This document shows positions 9,665 through 17,783 of a stretch of 64,000 nucleotides of DNA, piece after piece (within the stretch, counting starts at the first letter, position 1; every line of letters begins with the position of its first letter). The stretch is taken from positions 231,489-295,488 of the forward strand of contig CAZMHV010000002.1 of assembly GCA_964566225.1 (NCBI GenBank), written 5' to 3'. This DNA is from an uncultured Gammaproteobacteria bacterium (GTDB lineage Bacteria; Patescibacteriota; Patescibacteriia; Magasanikbacterales; UBA922). The notes under the pieces were generated by a model, which was given only the letters and a program-made list of their open reading frames with translations, was not told the origin of the DNA and made no database searches. The position numbers were made by a program, and so were the translations under genes.

Positions 9665-9781
9665 TTACGCTGCTTTTGCTGCTGCTTTGATAGCACGTTT
9701 CAGCTTGTTTTTATCGCGTTTTACTTTTTCAATTTTTCGATCCGCTTTCCATTTTGTGCGGATTTTCTTTCGCATTCCCAT
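9665..9781 (-). CDS. Small, very basic 38-aa protein (MGMRKKIRTKWKADRKIEKVKRDKNKLKRAIKAAAKAA), unassigned
   Basis: Not in the ORF track because it is under 60 aa. Lies directly upstream of the tRNA-Asp/Ser pair on the same strand. A consensus TTGACA-17-TATTAT promoter (9810..9838, minus) sits about 20 nt upstream of the ATG. Composition is ribosomal-protein-like, but I could not match it to L34, L36, S21 or similar. Confidence 0.3.
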   Translation of the reverse strand: MGMRKKIRTKWKADRKIEKVKRDKNKLKRAIKAAAKAA

Positions 9782-9809
9782 ATGGGGATATTTAGAAGTA
9801 ACAGGGAAT

Positions 9810-9838
9810 ATAATACCCGAATTCAATATATTTGTCAA
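9810..9838 (-). promoter_or_regulatory. Sigma70-like promoter (TTGACA-17-TATTAT) for the small basic ORF and tRNA operon
   Basis: Minus-strand read: TTGACAaatatattgaattcgggTATTAT. Confidence 0.35.
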
Positions 9839-9948
9839 CAAAAAAGACCCACAAGGTGATCAACGCGAGCATTGGGAGCAAAGGAGGGGGTGCCCCCGCT
9901 CAAACGTCGATCACTTTATGGGCCATTTGAATTTTGCTACGATGTCTA

Positions 9949-9977
9949 ACTATACCACATTTTGACGGTTTTGTCAA
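9949..9977 (-). promoter_or_regulatory. Strong extended -10 promoter (TTGACAA-N14-TGG-TATAGT)
   Basis: Minus-strand read: TTGACAaaaccgtcaaaatgTGGTATAGT. Lies downstream of the GC-rich ORF and upstream of the small ORF/tRNA block. Confidence 0.35.
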
Positions 9978-10116
9978 GGTAGGTTTTTCACCACTGCTTT
10001 TTGGCCCTATATATAAGGCACAAAAGCAGGGGAGAGCCAGGGGTTTGTTGGACCACTGGCTCATGCGTTCGTTCCGAGAAGCTCTCGGTACATACTTTCC
10101 CCCCTGGGCAGGCCGT

Positions 10117-10485
10117 TCAGGCCGCTTTGGCGAGGCTCGGCGTGCTGTCCTGCGCGCCGAGGCCGTTCTGTTCGGAGGTGGTGGTGGGCGAACCCAGTGC
10201 CACCTCCAGCAGGGTGCTGAGGTCGTCGTCGCCGGCCAGGCCAAGCAAGAGCTCCTGCCTGGCGGCGGTGATGACCGAGATCTGACGGCCCCCGACTTGG
10301 CAGCTCCGGAAGTCCCGGAGCTGCACCTCGAGCAGCTTGGCCTGCTCGGTGTACCACGCCACGTCGGGCACGGCGGGGTAGGGAATCGAGATTTCGGCCA
10401 TGGTCTGCGTGGGCTTGCCTTCGGCCTGGTACGTGACCAGGACGATGATGCCCGCTCCGGTGAGTTGACTGTCGACTTCGTACAT
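10117..10485 (-). CDS. Hypothetical 122-aa protein in a GC-rich islet (compositionally foreign)
   Basis: Protein-like translation MYEVDSQLTGAGIIVLVTYQAEGKPTQTMAEISIPYPAVPDVAWYTEQAKLLEVQ..., rich in G/C at third positions. Alternative frames in the islet translate to Arg/Gly/Pro-rich junk. Host-like promoter TTGACA-17-TAGTGT lies upstream (minus). No family recognised. Confidence 0.45.
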   Translation of the reverse strand: MYEVDSQLTGAGIIVLVTYQAEGKPTQTMAEISIPYPAVPDVAWYTEQAKLLEVQLRDFRSCQVGGRQISVITAARQELLLGLAGDDDLSTLLEVALGSPTTTSEQNGLGAQDSTPSLAKAA

Positions 10486-10592
10486 CGGTGGGTGCTCCTA
10501 ACGAGGGTGGAAAAGTATGTTGAAAAACGAACCTCTCTTTGGGCCCGTCTCCAACACAGTGGTGGAAGTGGATACACAAAAGAGAACCAGGG

Positions 10593-10621
10593 ACACTATC
10601 ACAAATTTTTGGCTCTGTCAA
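10593..10621 (-). promoter_or_regulatory. Sigma70-like promoter (TTGACA-17-TAGTGT) upstream of the GC-rich ORF
   Basis: Minus-strand read: TTGACAgagccaaaaatttgtgaTAGTGT. Same -10 variant as the promoter at 22701..22729. Confidence 0.3.
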
Positions 10622-10663
10622 GGGTAGTTGTCCACTGTTTTTGGCCAAACATAGTCACAGAGC

Positions 10664-10693
10664 ATAAAAAAAGACCCTCGAATGAGGGTCTTT
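10664..10693 (-). terminator. Intrinsic terminator of the infC-rpmI-rplT operon
   Basis: Minus-strand hairpin AAGACCCTCattcGAGGGTCTT followed by TTTTTTTAT, just downstream of the rplT stop. Confidence 0.55.
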
Positions 10694-10709
10694 GAAAGTT
10701 TTGATCGGT

Positions 10710-11057
10710 TTACGCTTGTACCGTCTCAGTAATTTTTTTGAAAACTTCTGGGTACTGTGCTGCAATGTCGGCCAGAGATTTACGGTTGAGGTGAATGCCT
10801 TTGACTTTCACTGCTCCCATAAATTTACTGTAACTCATGCCCAGTGGGCGAAGAGCTGCATTGAGGCGGAGTTGCCAGTTGGCGCGAGCCAAACGCTTTT
10901 TGATCTTGCGATCTTTGTAGGCGTAGACACCAGCTTTGGTAATGGCAACTTTGGCAAGTTTCAAATGTGATTTGCGTCCGGCTTCAAAACCAGAGGCTTT
11001 TTCCAAAATATTTTTGCGGCGCTTGGAATGCATCATGCCGCGTTTCACTCTCGACAT
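10710..11057 (-). CDS. rplT: 50S ribosomal protein L20
   Basis: MSRVKRGMMHSKRRKNILEKASGFEAGRKSHLKLAKVA... matches the canonical L20 N-terminus and length. Confidence 0.9.
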   Translation of the reverse strand: MSRVKRGMMHSKRRKNILEKASGFEAGRKSHLKLAKVAITKAGVYAYKDRKIKKRLARANWQLRLNAALRPLGMSYSKFMGAVKVKGIHLNRKSLADIAAQYPEVFKKITETVQA

Positions 11058-11068
11058 AAGGGTTAATA

Positions 11069-11290
11069 TTATTTTGCGTAAGGAATAGCCCGGGTAATGG
11101 TTCTTTTGAAACCTTCGTGGACTGTATGGTCAACACGTTTGTTGCGACCAACTTTTCCTGATTCGTGTGAGTTAAAATGGTCTTGTCCATCTGTGCGTTT
11201 GAAGACCTTGACGATACTCTTACCGTTTTTCTTGGTCTTTTTCACTGCAAATCGTTTGGCATAGGCGCCAATTGTCTTCATTTTTGGCAT
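11069..11290 (-). CDS. rpmI: 50S ribosomal protein L35
   Basis: MPKMKTIGAYAKRFAVKKTKKNGK... matches the L35 signature MPKMKT...KRF. Basic protein of 73 aa. Confidence 0.9.
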   Translation of the reverse strand: MPKMKTIGAYAKRFAVKKTKKNGKSIVKVFKRTDGQDHFNSHESGKVGRNKRVDHTVHEGFKRTITRAIPYAK

Positions 11291-11377
11291 AAAATGTATT
11301 AGTTACGGGGCGGCAGTAGTATATAGAAAAAAAAAGAAGTTGTCAAGGGAGTTTTTGGGTATTTCTCCCCAGGCAAC

Positions 11378-11926
11378 TTATTTGCGGACAATGGTGGCCG
11401 TTACCTTATTGCCTTGAATAGATGCTTCTTGTTCGTATTTGACTGGGATAACCGCATTGAGGAGGTTAAAGTATTCGGTAATCACCTCAAATGCCATGTG
11501 ACGTTTGGCTCTTTCGGCTCCGCGGAGGATAATTTCTACCTTCACTTTGTCTCCACGTTCCAAAAATTTTTCACCCTGTTCTTTGCGGATAAGAAGGTCA
11601 TGTTCACCAATGCGGATAGAAAGGCGAATACCTTTAACTTCACTTACATGGGCATGGGCTTTTTGCTTACGGGCTTCTTTTTCTTTTTGGTACTTAAAGT
11701 GGCTAAATTCAACAATTTGTACCACAGGTGGTTCTGCTTTGGGGTTGATTTCTACCAAGTCACTTTCGTGTTCGGCTGCCAGCTGCAAAGCTTCGGCAAT
11801 CGTAAGAACACCGATGTTTTTGCCTTCGGCGTCAATCACACGTACTTCTGGTGAAGCAATACCTGTGTTCAAGCGGAACTGTGGTATAAGTGGTTTATCT
11901 GGTCGTTTTTTGCGGGATATACGCAT
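11378..11926 (-). CDS. infC: Translation initiation factor IF-3
   Basis: EVRVIDAEGKNIGVLTIAEALQLAAEHESDLVEINPKAEPPVVQIVEF and a C-terminal IRIGEHDL...KVKVEIILRGAE domain. Conserved infC-rpmI-rplT order. Confidence 0.9.
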   Translation of the reverse strand: MRISRKKRPDKPLIPQFRLNTGIASPEVRVIDAEGKNIGVLTIAEALQLAAEHESDLVEINPKAEPPVVQIVEFSHFKYQKEKEARKQKAHAHVSEVKGIRLSIRIGEHDLLIRKEQGEKFLERGDKVKVEIILRGAERAKRHMAFEVITEYFNLLNAVIPVKYEQEASIQGNKVTATIVRK

Positions 11927-11934
11927 AGATATAT

Positions 11935-12333
11935 ATGGTGGAGATGTCCGGATTTGAACCGGAGTCTAAACGGGTTACGGGTAAAGTCCTCATGCGAGTC
12001 GTTTTGGTGATGTCACACGTGAATAAAAAAGCGACAAAAACCCACGTGTTGAAGCTCCAGTAGGAACTTCGAGCATGTGCATGGAGCACGCAGCGTGCTC
12101 TACACTCGAAAGGGTTGACACCGGTGACTCTCTATCGAGTATTGAGAGACCAATGGCTCAGGTTATTAGGCGAGAGCAGGAGCAAATGAAAGACGAGCAA
12201 ATGCGTTAGCAAATGTGTTTTTCACCGCTTGGGCAAGATTTGCATCTAGCGTTTGCCTTGGTTTAACGAGGAAAGGCGACCTCGACATGCCTCTACCGAT
12301 AACTAGGTCCGTCTATCGAAACCTGTCATCCCC
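11935..12333 (-). ncRNA. ssrA: tmRNA (ssrA)
   Basis: The 5' end is GGGGATGACAGGTTTCGATAGACGG. The 3' tRNA-like end is CTCCGGTTCAAATCCGGACATCTCCACCA. An internal tag-like reading frame ends ...ANAFARLSFAPALA before a TAATAA stop. Lies immediately downstream of smpB on the same strand. Confidence 0.8.
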
Positions 12334-12340
12334 ATAAATT

Positions 12341-12793
12341 TTAATGTTCTTTGAGTTTTTTGGCTATTTCTCGCTCTTGTTCTCGTTTTTTGACGGATTC
12401 TCGCTTATCAAATGTCTTCTTTCCACGTCCAAGACCAATAGCAATTTTGATTTTATTTCCTGTAGTATATACGGAAAGAGGGATAATTGTCAAGCCTTTC
12501 TCACTCAATTTTCCTCTTAAATAACTGATTTCTTTTTGTTTGAGCAAGAGTCTGCGGGTGTGAGTGGGGTCATATTCTTCATTGGTTGCAAATTTGTACG
12601 GAGAAATATGTGCATTGAGCAGTGTGGCACTGGTGTCATGAAAGGTTACATAGGCCCCCGTGAGTTTGATATTGCCACTGCGAACAGATTTTACCTCTGC
12701 CCCAGTCAAAACCAAACCAGCCTCAAATTTTTCGAGGATTTCGTATTCAAAAGTGGCTTTTTTGTTGACGGCGTAGGTTGGCATAGTCTGCAT
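12341..12793 (-). CDS. smpB: SsrA-binding protein SmpB
   Basis: AVNKKATFEYEILEKFEAGLVLTGAEVKSVRSGNIKL... with a basic C-terminal tail. The start is chosen at internal Met (MQTMPTY) by alignment to the SmpB N-terminus. The longest ORF starts at 12847. Confidence 0.85.
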   Translation of the reverse strand: MQTMPTYAVNKKATFEYEILEKFEAGLVLTGAEVKSVRSGNIKLTGAYVTFHDTSATLLNAHISPYKFATNEEYDPTHTRRLLLKQKEISYLRGKLSEKGLTIIPLSVYTTGNKIKIAIGLGRGKKTFDKRESVKKREQEREIAKKLKEH

Positions 12794-12875
12794 TGAAGAA
12801 CTTTGACCCCTAGTGTATACTAAGTTTACTGGAATTTCAATGGCCAAGGCGTATACCAGTAATAGTTTTTTGGGT

Positions 12876-13889
12876 ATGCAAGAACATACTATTCATATAA
12901 GTCCCAAAAGTTTATTGTGGATTTCGTTTTTTCTTTTGGCAGGGTATATGCTCTCGCTTCTTTGGCATACTTTACTTTTGGTTTTTATTGCACTTATTTT
13001 TTCAACACTGATTGATCCGTTTGCCAAGGCCTTGCACAAAAGGCATATTCCACGGGGTGTGGCCGTACTTATTGTTTACGCGTGTCTTTTTGGAGTTGTG
13101 GGTGTATCTGTGGCGGCCCTCACGCCTGTAGTCTTGAGGGACATGCCAAAGCTTTTTCAAAATGGGACTGCTTATATTACCACACTTCAAAATCACCAGT
13201 TAGTACAAAAACTTTTTGGCACTGAAATAACTTCACAAGGGGGTCTGTTTTTTTTGCCGAGTACCAGTGTGAGCAATTTTTCTGGAGTATTTTCAAGTAT
13301 CAGTGCTGTGTTTGGGGGATTGGTTTCATTTTTTGTAGTCATGGTGATTACGTTTTATTTGGTAATTCAAGAAGATCCCTTGCGAAAAATGTTGCAGTCA
13401 TTGGTAAGTGAAAAGTCTTTGCCATTTACGTTGCAGGTAATTGACAAAGTGAGAGAAAAATTGGGTGCTTGGATGCGAGGACAATTGCTCCTCAGTGGTA
13501 TTATGGGTGTATTGGTTTTTATTGTTCTTACACTTTTGGGTGTGAAATATGCTGCGGTGATTGCTCTTTTGGCAGGACTACTTGAATTTGTTCCCTATGT
13601 AGGTCCTATTCTTTCTGCTTTTCCTGCTTTATTTTTTTCTTTTATTGAAGGTGGTCCGGTCAAATTTTTGGTGGTATTTATCTGTCTTGTCTTGGTGCAA
13701 CAATTTGAAAGTCATGTTATCATCCCAAAGGTCATGCAAAAAGCAGTGGGGTTGAATCCTGTATTTAGTATTCTTTCGCTCCTTATTGGCTTACAGCTGG
13801 GAGGAATTATTGGTGGTGTGCTTGCTATTCCTGTGGCCACAACATTGCAAGTAGTTATACAAGAAATTCTTTCTTCAAAAAAACGTTAA
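12876..13889 (+). CDS. AI-2E family transporter (PerM/UPF0118-like) membrane protein
   Basis: About 8 predicted TM helices. The C-terminal motifs LLEFVPYVGPILSAFPAL and VIIPKVMQKAVGLNPV fit the AI-2E family. Start chosen at MQEHTIHI to avoid overlapping smpB. The ORF track starts it at 12813. Confidence 0.5.
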   Translation: MQEHTIHISPKSLLWISFFLLAGYMLSLLWHTLLLVFIALIFSTLIDPFAKALHKRHIPRGVAVLIVYACLFGVVGVSVAALTPVVLRDMPKLFQNGTAYITTLQNHQLVQKLFGTEITSQGGLFFLPSTSVSNFSGVFSSISAVFGGLVSFFVVMVITFYLVIQEDPLRKMLQSLVSEKSLPFTLQVIDKVREKLGAWMRGQLLLSGIMGVLVFIVLTLLGVKYAAVIALLAGLLEFVPYVGPILSAFPALFFSFIEGGPVKFLVVFICLVLVQQFESHVIIPKVMQKAVGLNPVFSILSLLIGLQLGGIIGGVLAIPVATTLQVVIQEILSSKKR

Positions 13890-13893
13890 TTCT

Positions 13894-14691
13894 ATGAAGT
13901 ATATAAAACATTTTGTGTTTGGTGGCATTATGTCCCTGTTTGTCATGGGAAGTTTGTTTTTGATTACACGCTATCCGAGTTCATGGATACTCTTTATACT
14001 ATCCTTTGCTACTCCCATGTTTTTGTTGTTGAGTTTTTATTTTTTTGTCAAAAAAACTCGCAAGTGGAAAGAACCAATTGGATTTTTGACTCCACTGTTA
14101 TTTATTTCACAGATGTTGTTGGTAGAAATTATTGATGTTCAAAGTCCCAAAGATTTGTTGGTTCAACGGTTTGTTATTTTGTTTGCAGGACTTTTGTTTG
14201 GAATTTTGTATGGTGCTGGTGTTTCGAGTGGTGAAATACTCAGTAGTTTACAAAAACCATATCGTCGTTTTGTGATGGCAGCTTGGGTGTATACAGTGTA
14301 TGGATTTTGTTCATTTATTTTTGCGTTGCCATTTTTTTTGACACTTTCTCCTTTGTTTTTTGTGATATTACTCCTCTTGGGTGGTGGACTCCTCGGAGGT
14401 GTCTCGTCGTTTGTGTGGCAAATGTATTTTGCCAAACCCAAAAAAGTTTTTTTTCTCTGGATGATTTTGGTAGGATTTTTGGGAATGCAACTTTTGTGGG
14501 CATTACATTTTTTGCCACTGGGGTATTTGAACTTGGGACTTTTTATGACATGGATTTGGTATCTACTTATATTGCTTGCTCGTTTTCATTGGGATGAAAA
14601 TGGTGTTGAGTGGAAAAAACAATTTCGATTTCTTTTGACAAATACACTTCTTTTGATTATAATTATAGTATATTTTGTCCGTTGGATATAG
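13894..14691 (+). CDS. Hypothetical polytopic membrane protein
   Basis: Six to seven hydrophobic helices. No recognisable catalytic motif. Confidence 0.4.
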   Translation: MKYIKHFVFGGIMSLFVMGSLFLITRYPSSWILFILSFATPMFLLLSFYFFVKKTRKWKEPIGFLTPLLFISQMLLVEIIDVQSPKDLLVQRFVILFAGLLFGILYGAGVSSGEILSSLQKPYRRFVMAAWVYTVYGFCSFIFALPFFLTLSPLFFVILLLLGGGLLGGVSSFVWQMYFAKPKKVFFLWMILVGFLGMQLLWALHFLPLGYLNLGLFMTWIWYLLILLARFHWDENGVEWKKQFRFLLTNTLLLIIIIVYFVRWI

Positions 14692-15763
14692 TTTTTTTCT
14701 CGAATTCATGTCACAAGCACCTCACTTACCACCACGACCACATCAGCAAGAGCGCAAACTCAAGGAGTTTGTTGTTTTTGTTTTATTTGTTGTCTTACTT
14801 GCTTCTGCTGCTGGTATTGCTGCAGCGGCTGTTTCTATCACCTGGCTTATTCCTGCCGTACCAGCATCACGTTCTATTTTTACGTATTTTCAAAATACAA
14901 AATCAAATGAAAAAAATACTTCTTTGAGCATGGATGATCAAAAAAATTTCAAAGGAAAAATTGTAAAAATATTTGATAAAAGAAAAAAATTATCTGGAAA
15001 TTTTTATGATGCTTCTGGTTTTGTTGGAAACGCTACACTACTCACTCTGGATGGTTGGGCTGTTTTGTATGTACCAAATGTATCACAAGATATTTCAATG
15101 CTGGAAGCTGTAGATAGTCAAGGACGAACGCATGTAATCAAAAAAATGGTACGCAGTGAAACAGGTGGTCTTAGTTATGTACAGATTGATGGGGAAGGTT
15201 TTTCTGTGGTTTCGCTTTTTTCAGGTGTACCTGCTTCACAAAAAATTGTGTGGAGTTATAAAGATAATGAATTTTTTGAAACAGAACTGTTGTTTCCTCT
15301 TACCAAGACCAAAGAAGTGGCTCGGAGTATTGTTTTGTTTACTCCCAAAATTTCTCCTGTTGCCATGGGTTCAGAATTTGTTGTCAACGAAAAAGCAGAG
15401 CTTATTGGTTTTATTGACAAAAATGGTTCACTTCTTTCAGCCAGTGATATTAACCGTGAATTACGTTTGGTTCAAAAAAATTTGCCACTTGAAAACACCC
15501 TTTTTGCTGTAACAGGATATGTTCTTGAAGGTATTGAAAAAGACGAACACGGTGTACCCCAAACACACTTTGGGTTTTTTGTTACAGAGAGTGGTTTTAG
15601 AGGTAAAACAGGCGTCATGAATGGAGATATTGTTGTCTCCGTACAAAATAAATTATTTGATCCCAAAACAGTTCGTGAAGATATTTTGAATGCTCCTGGT
15701 GAAGTAGTGCTTACTGTACTTCGTCAGGGTAAAACTGTAGAAGTAAAAGTGAAAAAAAGTTAA
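14675..15763 (+). CDS. Membrane-anchored protein with degenerate trypsin-like region and C-terminal PDZ-like domain
   Basis: N-terminal TM helix FVVFVLFVVLLASAAGIAAAAVSITWLI. The segment AMGSEFVVNEKAELIGF resembles the HtrA GNSGGPL...G.VIGI active-site segment without an obvious catalytic triad. C-terminal GDIVVSVQNKLF...VVLTVLRQGKTVEVKV is PDZ-like. Confidence 0.35.
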   Translation: MSVGYSFFLEFMSQAPHLPPRPHQQERKLKEFVVFVLFVVLLASAAGIAAAAVSITWLIPAVPASRSIFTYFQNTKSNEKNTSLSMDDQKNFKGKIVKIFDKRKKLSGNFYDASGFVGNATLLTLDGWAVLYVPNVSQDISMLEAVDSQGRTHVIKKMVRSETGGLSYVQIDGEGFSVVSLFSGVPASQKIVWSYKDNEFFETELLFPLTKTKEVARSIVLFTPKISPVAMGSEFVVNEKAELIGFIDKNGSLLSASDINRELRLVQKNLPLENTLFAVTGYVLEGIEKDEHGVPQTHFGFFVTESGFRGKTGVMNGDIVVSVQNKLFDPKTVREDILNAPGEVVLTVLRQGKTVEVKVKKS

Positions 15764-15767
15764 TTTT

Positions 15768-16415
15768 TTGTCATTTATATACATTTTGTCATTTTGTATG
15801 GACTCTCTTTCTTTGGTACTGGGTCGTTCTACCAGACGCTTGGTACTTGGTGGTTTCATGGGTATATTTCTTGCCCTAGCCCTCAGTTTTATTTCTCCGG
15901 TTCAATACCGCGCTGATGCACAGGTATATATTATTGCCAGGTCAAGATTTGGGGTTGACCCTTATACCGTTGCCAAATCAGCGGAACGTATTGGTGATAA
16001 CTTGGCACAGGTGGTGAAGACCAGTGATTTTTATGACAAGGTCATGGCGAATTCAAATTTTCAACTTGATAGAGATTACTTTGAAAATGTGTCTGAGCGT
16101 ACCAAACGGAAGCACTGGGAAAAAACTGTAGATGCGTCTATTGTATTTGGAACCGGTGTCATGAACGTAAGTGCCTACCATGCTCAGCCAGCTCAGGCCA
16201 AAGCTTATGCCAGTGCTATTATTGATACTTTGGTGACCAAGGGAACTGAGTACGTGGGTGAAGATGTAGAAATGAAAGTGGTCAATCAGCCAGTGGTGAC
16301 CAACTTGCCAGTACGACCAAACTTTTTGGTCAATAGTGTGGTTGGTTTTGTGCTTGGAGTTATGCTTATGAGTATGCTGGTGGTACAAAGACATTTGAAA
16401 AAACGAACCGCGTAA
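15768..16415 (+). CDS. Wzz/CpsC-like polysaccharide chain-length determinant (short form)
   Basis: Two TM helices flank a hydrophilic domain of about 150 aa (…YRADAQVYIIARSRFGVDPYTVAKSAERIGDNLAQVV…). Topology and size resemble Gram-positive CpsC/CapA. Confidence 0.45.
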   Translation: MSFIYILSFCMDSLSLVLGRSTRRLVLGGFMGIFLALALSFISPVQYRADAQVYIIARSRFGVDPYTVAKSAERIGDNLAQVVKTSDFYDKVMANSNFQLDRDYFENVSERTKRKHWEKTVDASIVFGTGVMNVSAYHAQPAQAKAYASAIIDTLVTKGTEYVGEDVEMKVVNQPVVTNLPVRPNFLVNSVVGFVLGVMLMSMLVVQRHLKKRTA

Positions 16416-16489
16416 ATTTTGTCTCAAAAGATCTCTGGTTTTGGCCAGGGGTCTTTTTTGTTTAAAAAAAGTTGTGCACAAAAATATTC

Positions 16490-16518
16490 TTGACAATTGA
16501 GCTATTTTGTGGTATTTT
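16490..16518 (+). promoter_or_regulatory. Sigma70-like promoter TTGACAA-N-TGTGGTATTTT (host-type) upstream of the GC-rich island
   Basis: TTGACAattgagctattttgtggTATTTT. Closely similar to the promoters at 19828 and 9949(-). Confidence 0.4.
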
Positions 16519-16601
16519 CAACTGTCAATATAAAACAATAGGGCGAAATAGGCTTAAATAGGCCAAAAAAATTGATTTGTTCTTTGCAACTCACCTAAAA
16601 A

Positions 16602-16651
16602 CGGTCTTTTCGTACAGAACAGGAAGTATCTTTGGCTGTACGAAAAGACCG
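16602..16651 (+). promoter_or_regulatory. Perfect 16-bp inverted repeat (CGGTCTTTTCGTACAG / CTGTACGAAAAGACCG, 18-nt loop) at the AT/GC composition boundary
   Basis: Read directly from the sequence. Lies between the promoter and the Shine-Dalgarno/ATG of the first GC-rich ORF. Confidence 0.5.
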
Positions 16652-16699
16652 TGTAGTAGGCGGTCATGGAGAGACATTTCACATCCAGAGGAGGCCTCT

Positions 16700-17434
16700 A
16701 TGGCCCTTGCTCGTGGTGGTACGATGCGGGTTGTCGTGGGTAACGACAAGTATTGTGCCAATGCTGAGGAGATGGCAGACAACGGCCAAGTCTGTCAGGC
16801 ACATGATCAGGGGGTTTGGTTCCCCATCCAGTTCAACAGTTGTCCGTTCTGTGGAAAACACCTGAGCATCCTTCCACCCAATCAGCATGTGTCGGACCTG
16901 CTGAAGGAGTTGCCCTCGTTCGGTGCTGGGGCGATTTTCAAGCGGAAGGTCGCCGCGGCCACTGCGGGTCTCAAGGCTGAGGTGAAGAGCCTCACGCGGG
17001 CTTTCATCTTGATCTTGGCCATGCTCATCGTTGTGGTGGTCGGCCTGGTTCACTTGGTGCTCAAGCAGCCCAGCAACACGGGCTACAGCACCTCGGGAAC
17101 TCCTCCGGTGTCCATGACGCAGGGGCAGATCAACGACATGGTCGCCCGGTCGTTCAACGCGAACATGGAGCCGTACCTGCCTGCGTTGGATCAGATCAAG
17201 AAGTTGATCCATGGTGACGATGAGGAGGAGCAGGAGGAACAGACCCCTCCGTCTGCTCCACAGACCAACGGGGAGAAGATCAAGAAACCTGTGGGTGGAA
17301 ATCACCAGACGCTCCCCGTGATCCAGCTCCCTCGCCGGCCTCTCTTCGACCACAAGCACGAGCCACGGCCTGGCAAGCCGAAACGGCCTCGTGCCCCCTC
17401 CACGTCGTCTGGCGACGACAGTGGCCTCTACTAA
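16700..17434 (+). CDS. Zinc-ribbon (CxnC...CxxC) single-pass membrane protein with Pro/Lys-rich C-terminal tail; GC-rich, foreign-looking
   Basis: Strong SD AGGAGG 5 nt before the ATG at 16700. Cys pairs in CANAEEMADNGQVC...CPFC. TM helix AFILILAMLIVVVVGLVHLVL. The ORF track begins at an upstream TTG (16577). Confidence 0.5.
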   Translation: MALARGGTMRVVVGNDKYCANAEEMADNGQVCQAHDQGVWFPIQFNSCPFCGKHLSILPPNQHVSDLLKELPSFGAGAIFKRKVAAATAGLKAEVKSLTRAFILILAMLIVVVVGLVHLVLKQPSNTGYSTSGTPPVSMTQGQINDMVARSFNANMEPYLPALDQIKKLIHGDDEEEQEEQTPPSAPQTNGEKIKKPVGGNHQTLPVIQLPRRPLFDHKHEPRPGKPKRPRAPSTSSGDDSGLY

Positions 17435-17783
17435 AGCTTCGTATTCCTGCCATGGAGGCGGGGAAGCGAGCTTTGACTGGGGTCGCGTTGGCCCGCGTTT
17501 GTCACTGTGACCATCGCGGGTCAACAAGAGAAAATTTGGCTGTAGATGATTGCACTTGTACGAGAGTTCAATCATCGGTAGCCAAAAGCTATCGTGTTCT
17601 TTTAAATATACGTTAACAACGGGGGATTGCCTCTCGTAGTTGACGTTCAGTTCAGGAAAGTTTTTGCTGATTTGAACGTCGATTACGGGGGCAATTCCGC
17701 GCCCTGCGACATGCGGGGCGTGGTGCCCCGTTGGTTTTTGCCCCGTTTTCCGCCGCCCGCTGGGTTGGCATAGGAGTGCGACC

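Noticed and set aside
9654-9965. Plus-strand 103-aa ORF across the tRNA-upstream region
   Set aside because: Phe/Arg/Ile-rich implausible protein. The region is better explained by minus-strand promoters plus the small basic ORF.
9900-10695. ORFs 9934..10695+, 9900..10577-, 10061..10648- and 10001..10285+ in the small GC islet
   Set aside because: Same stop-codon depletion artefact. Only the 10117..10485 minus frame gives a globular-looking, compositionally balanced protein with an upstream promoter.
16436-16463. Terminator after the Wzz-like gene (CTGG-ttttgg-CCAG + T-tract)
   Set aside because: It is only a 4-bp stem, too weak to call with confidence.
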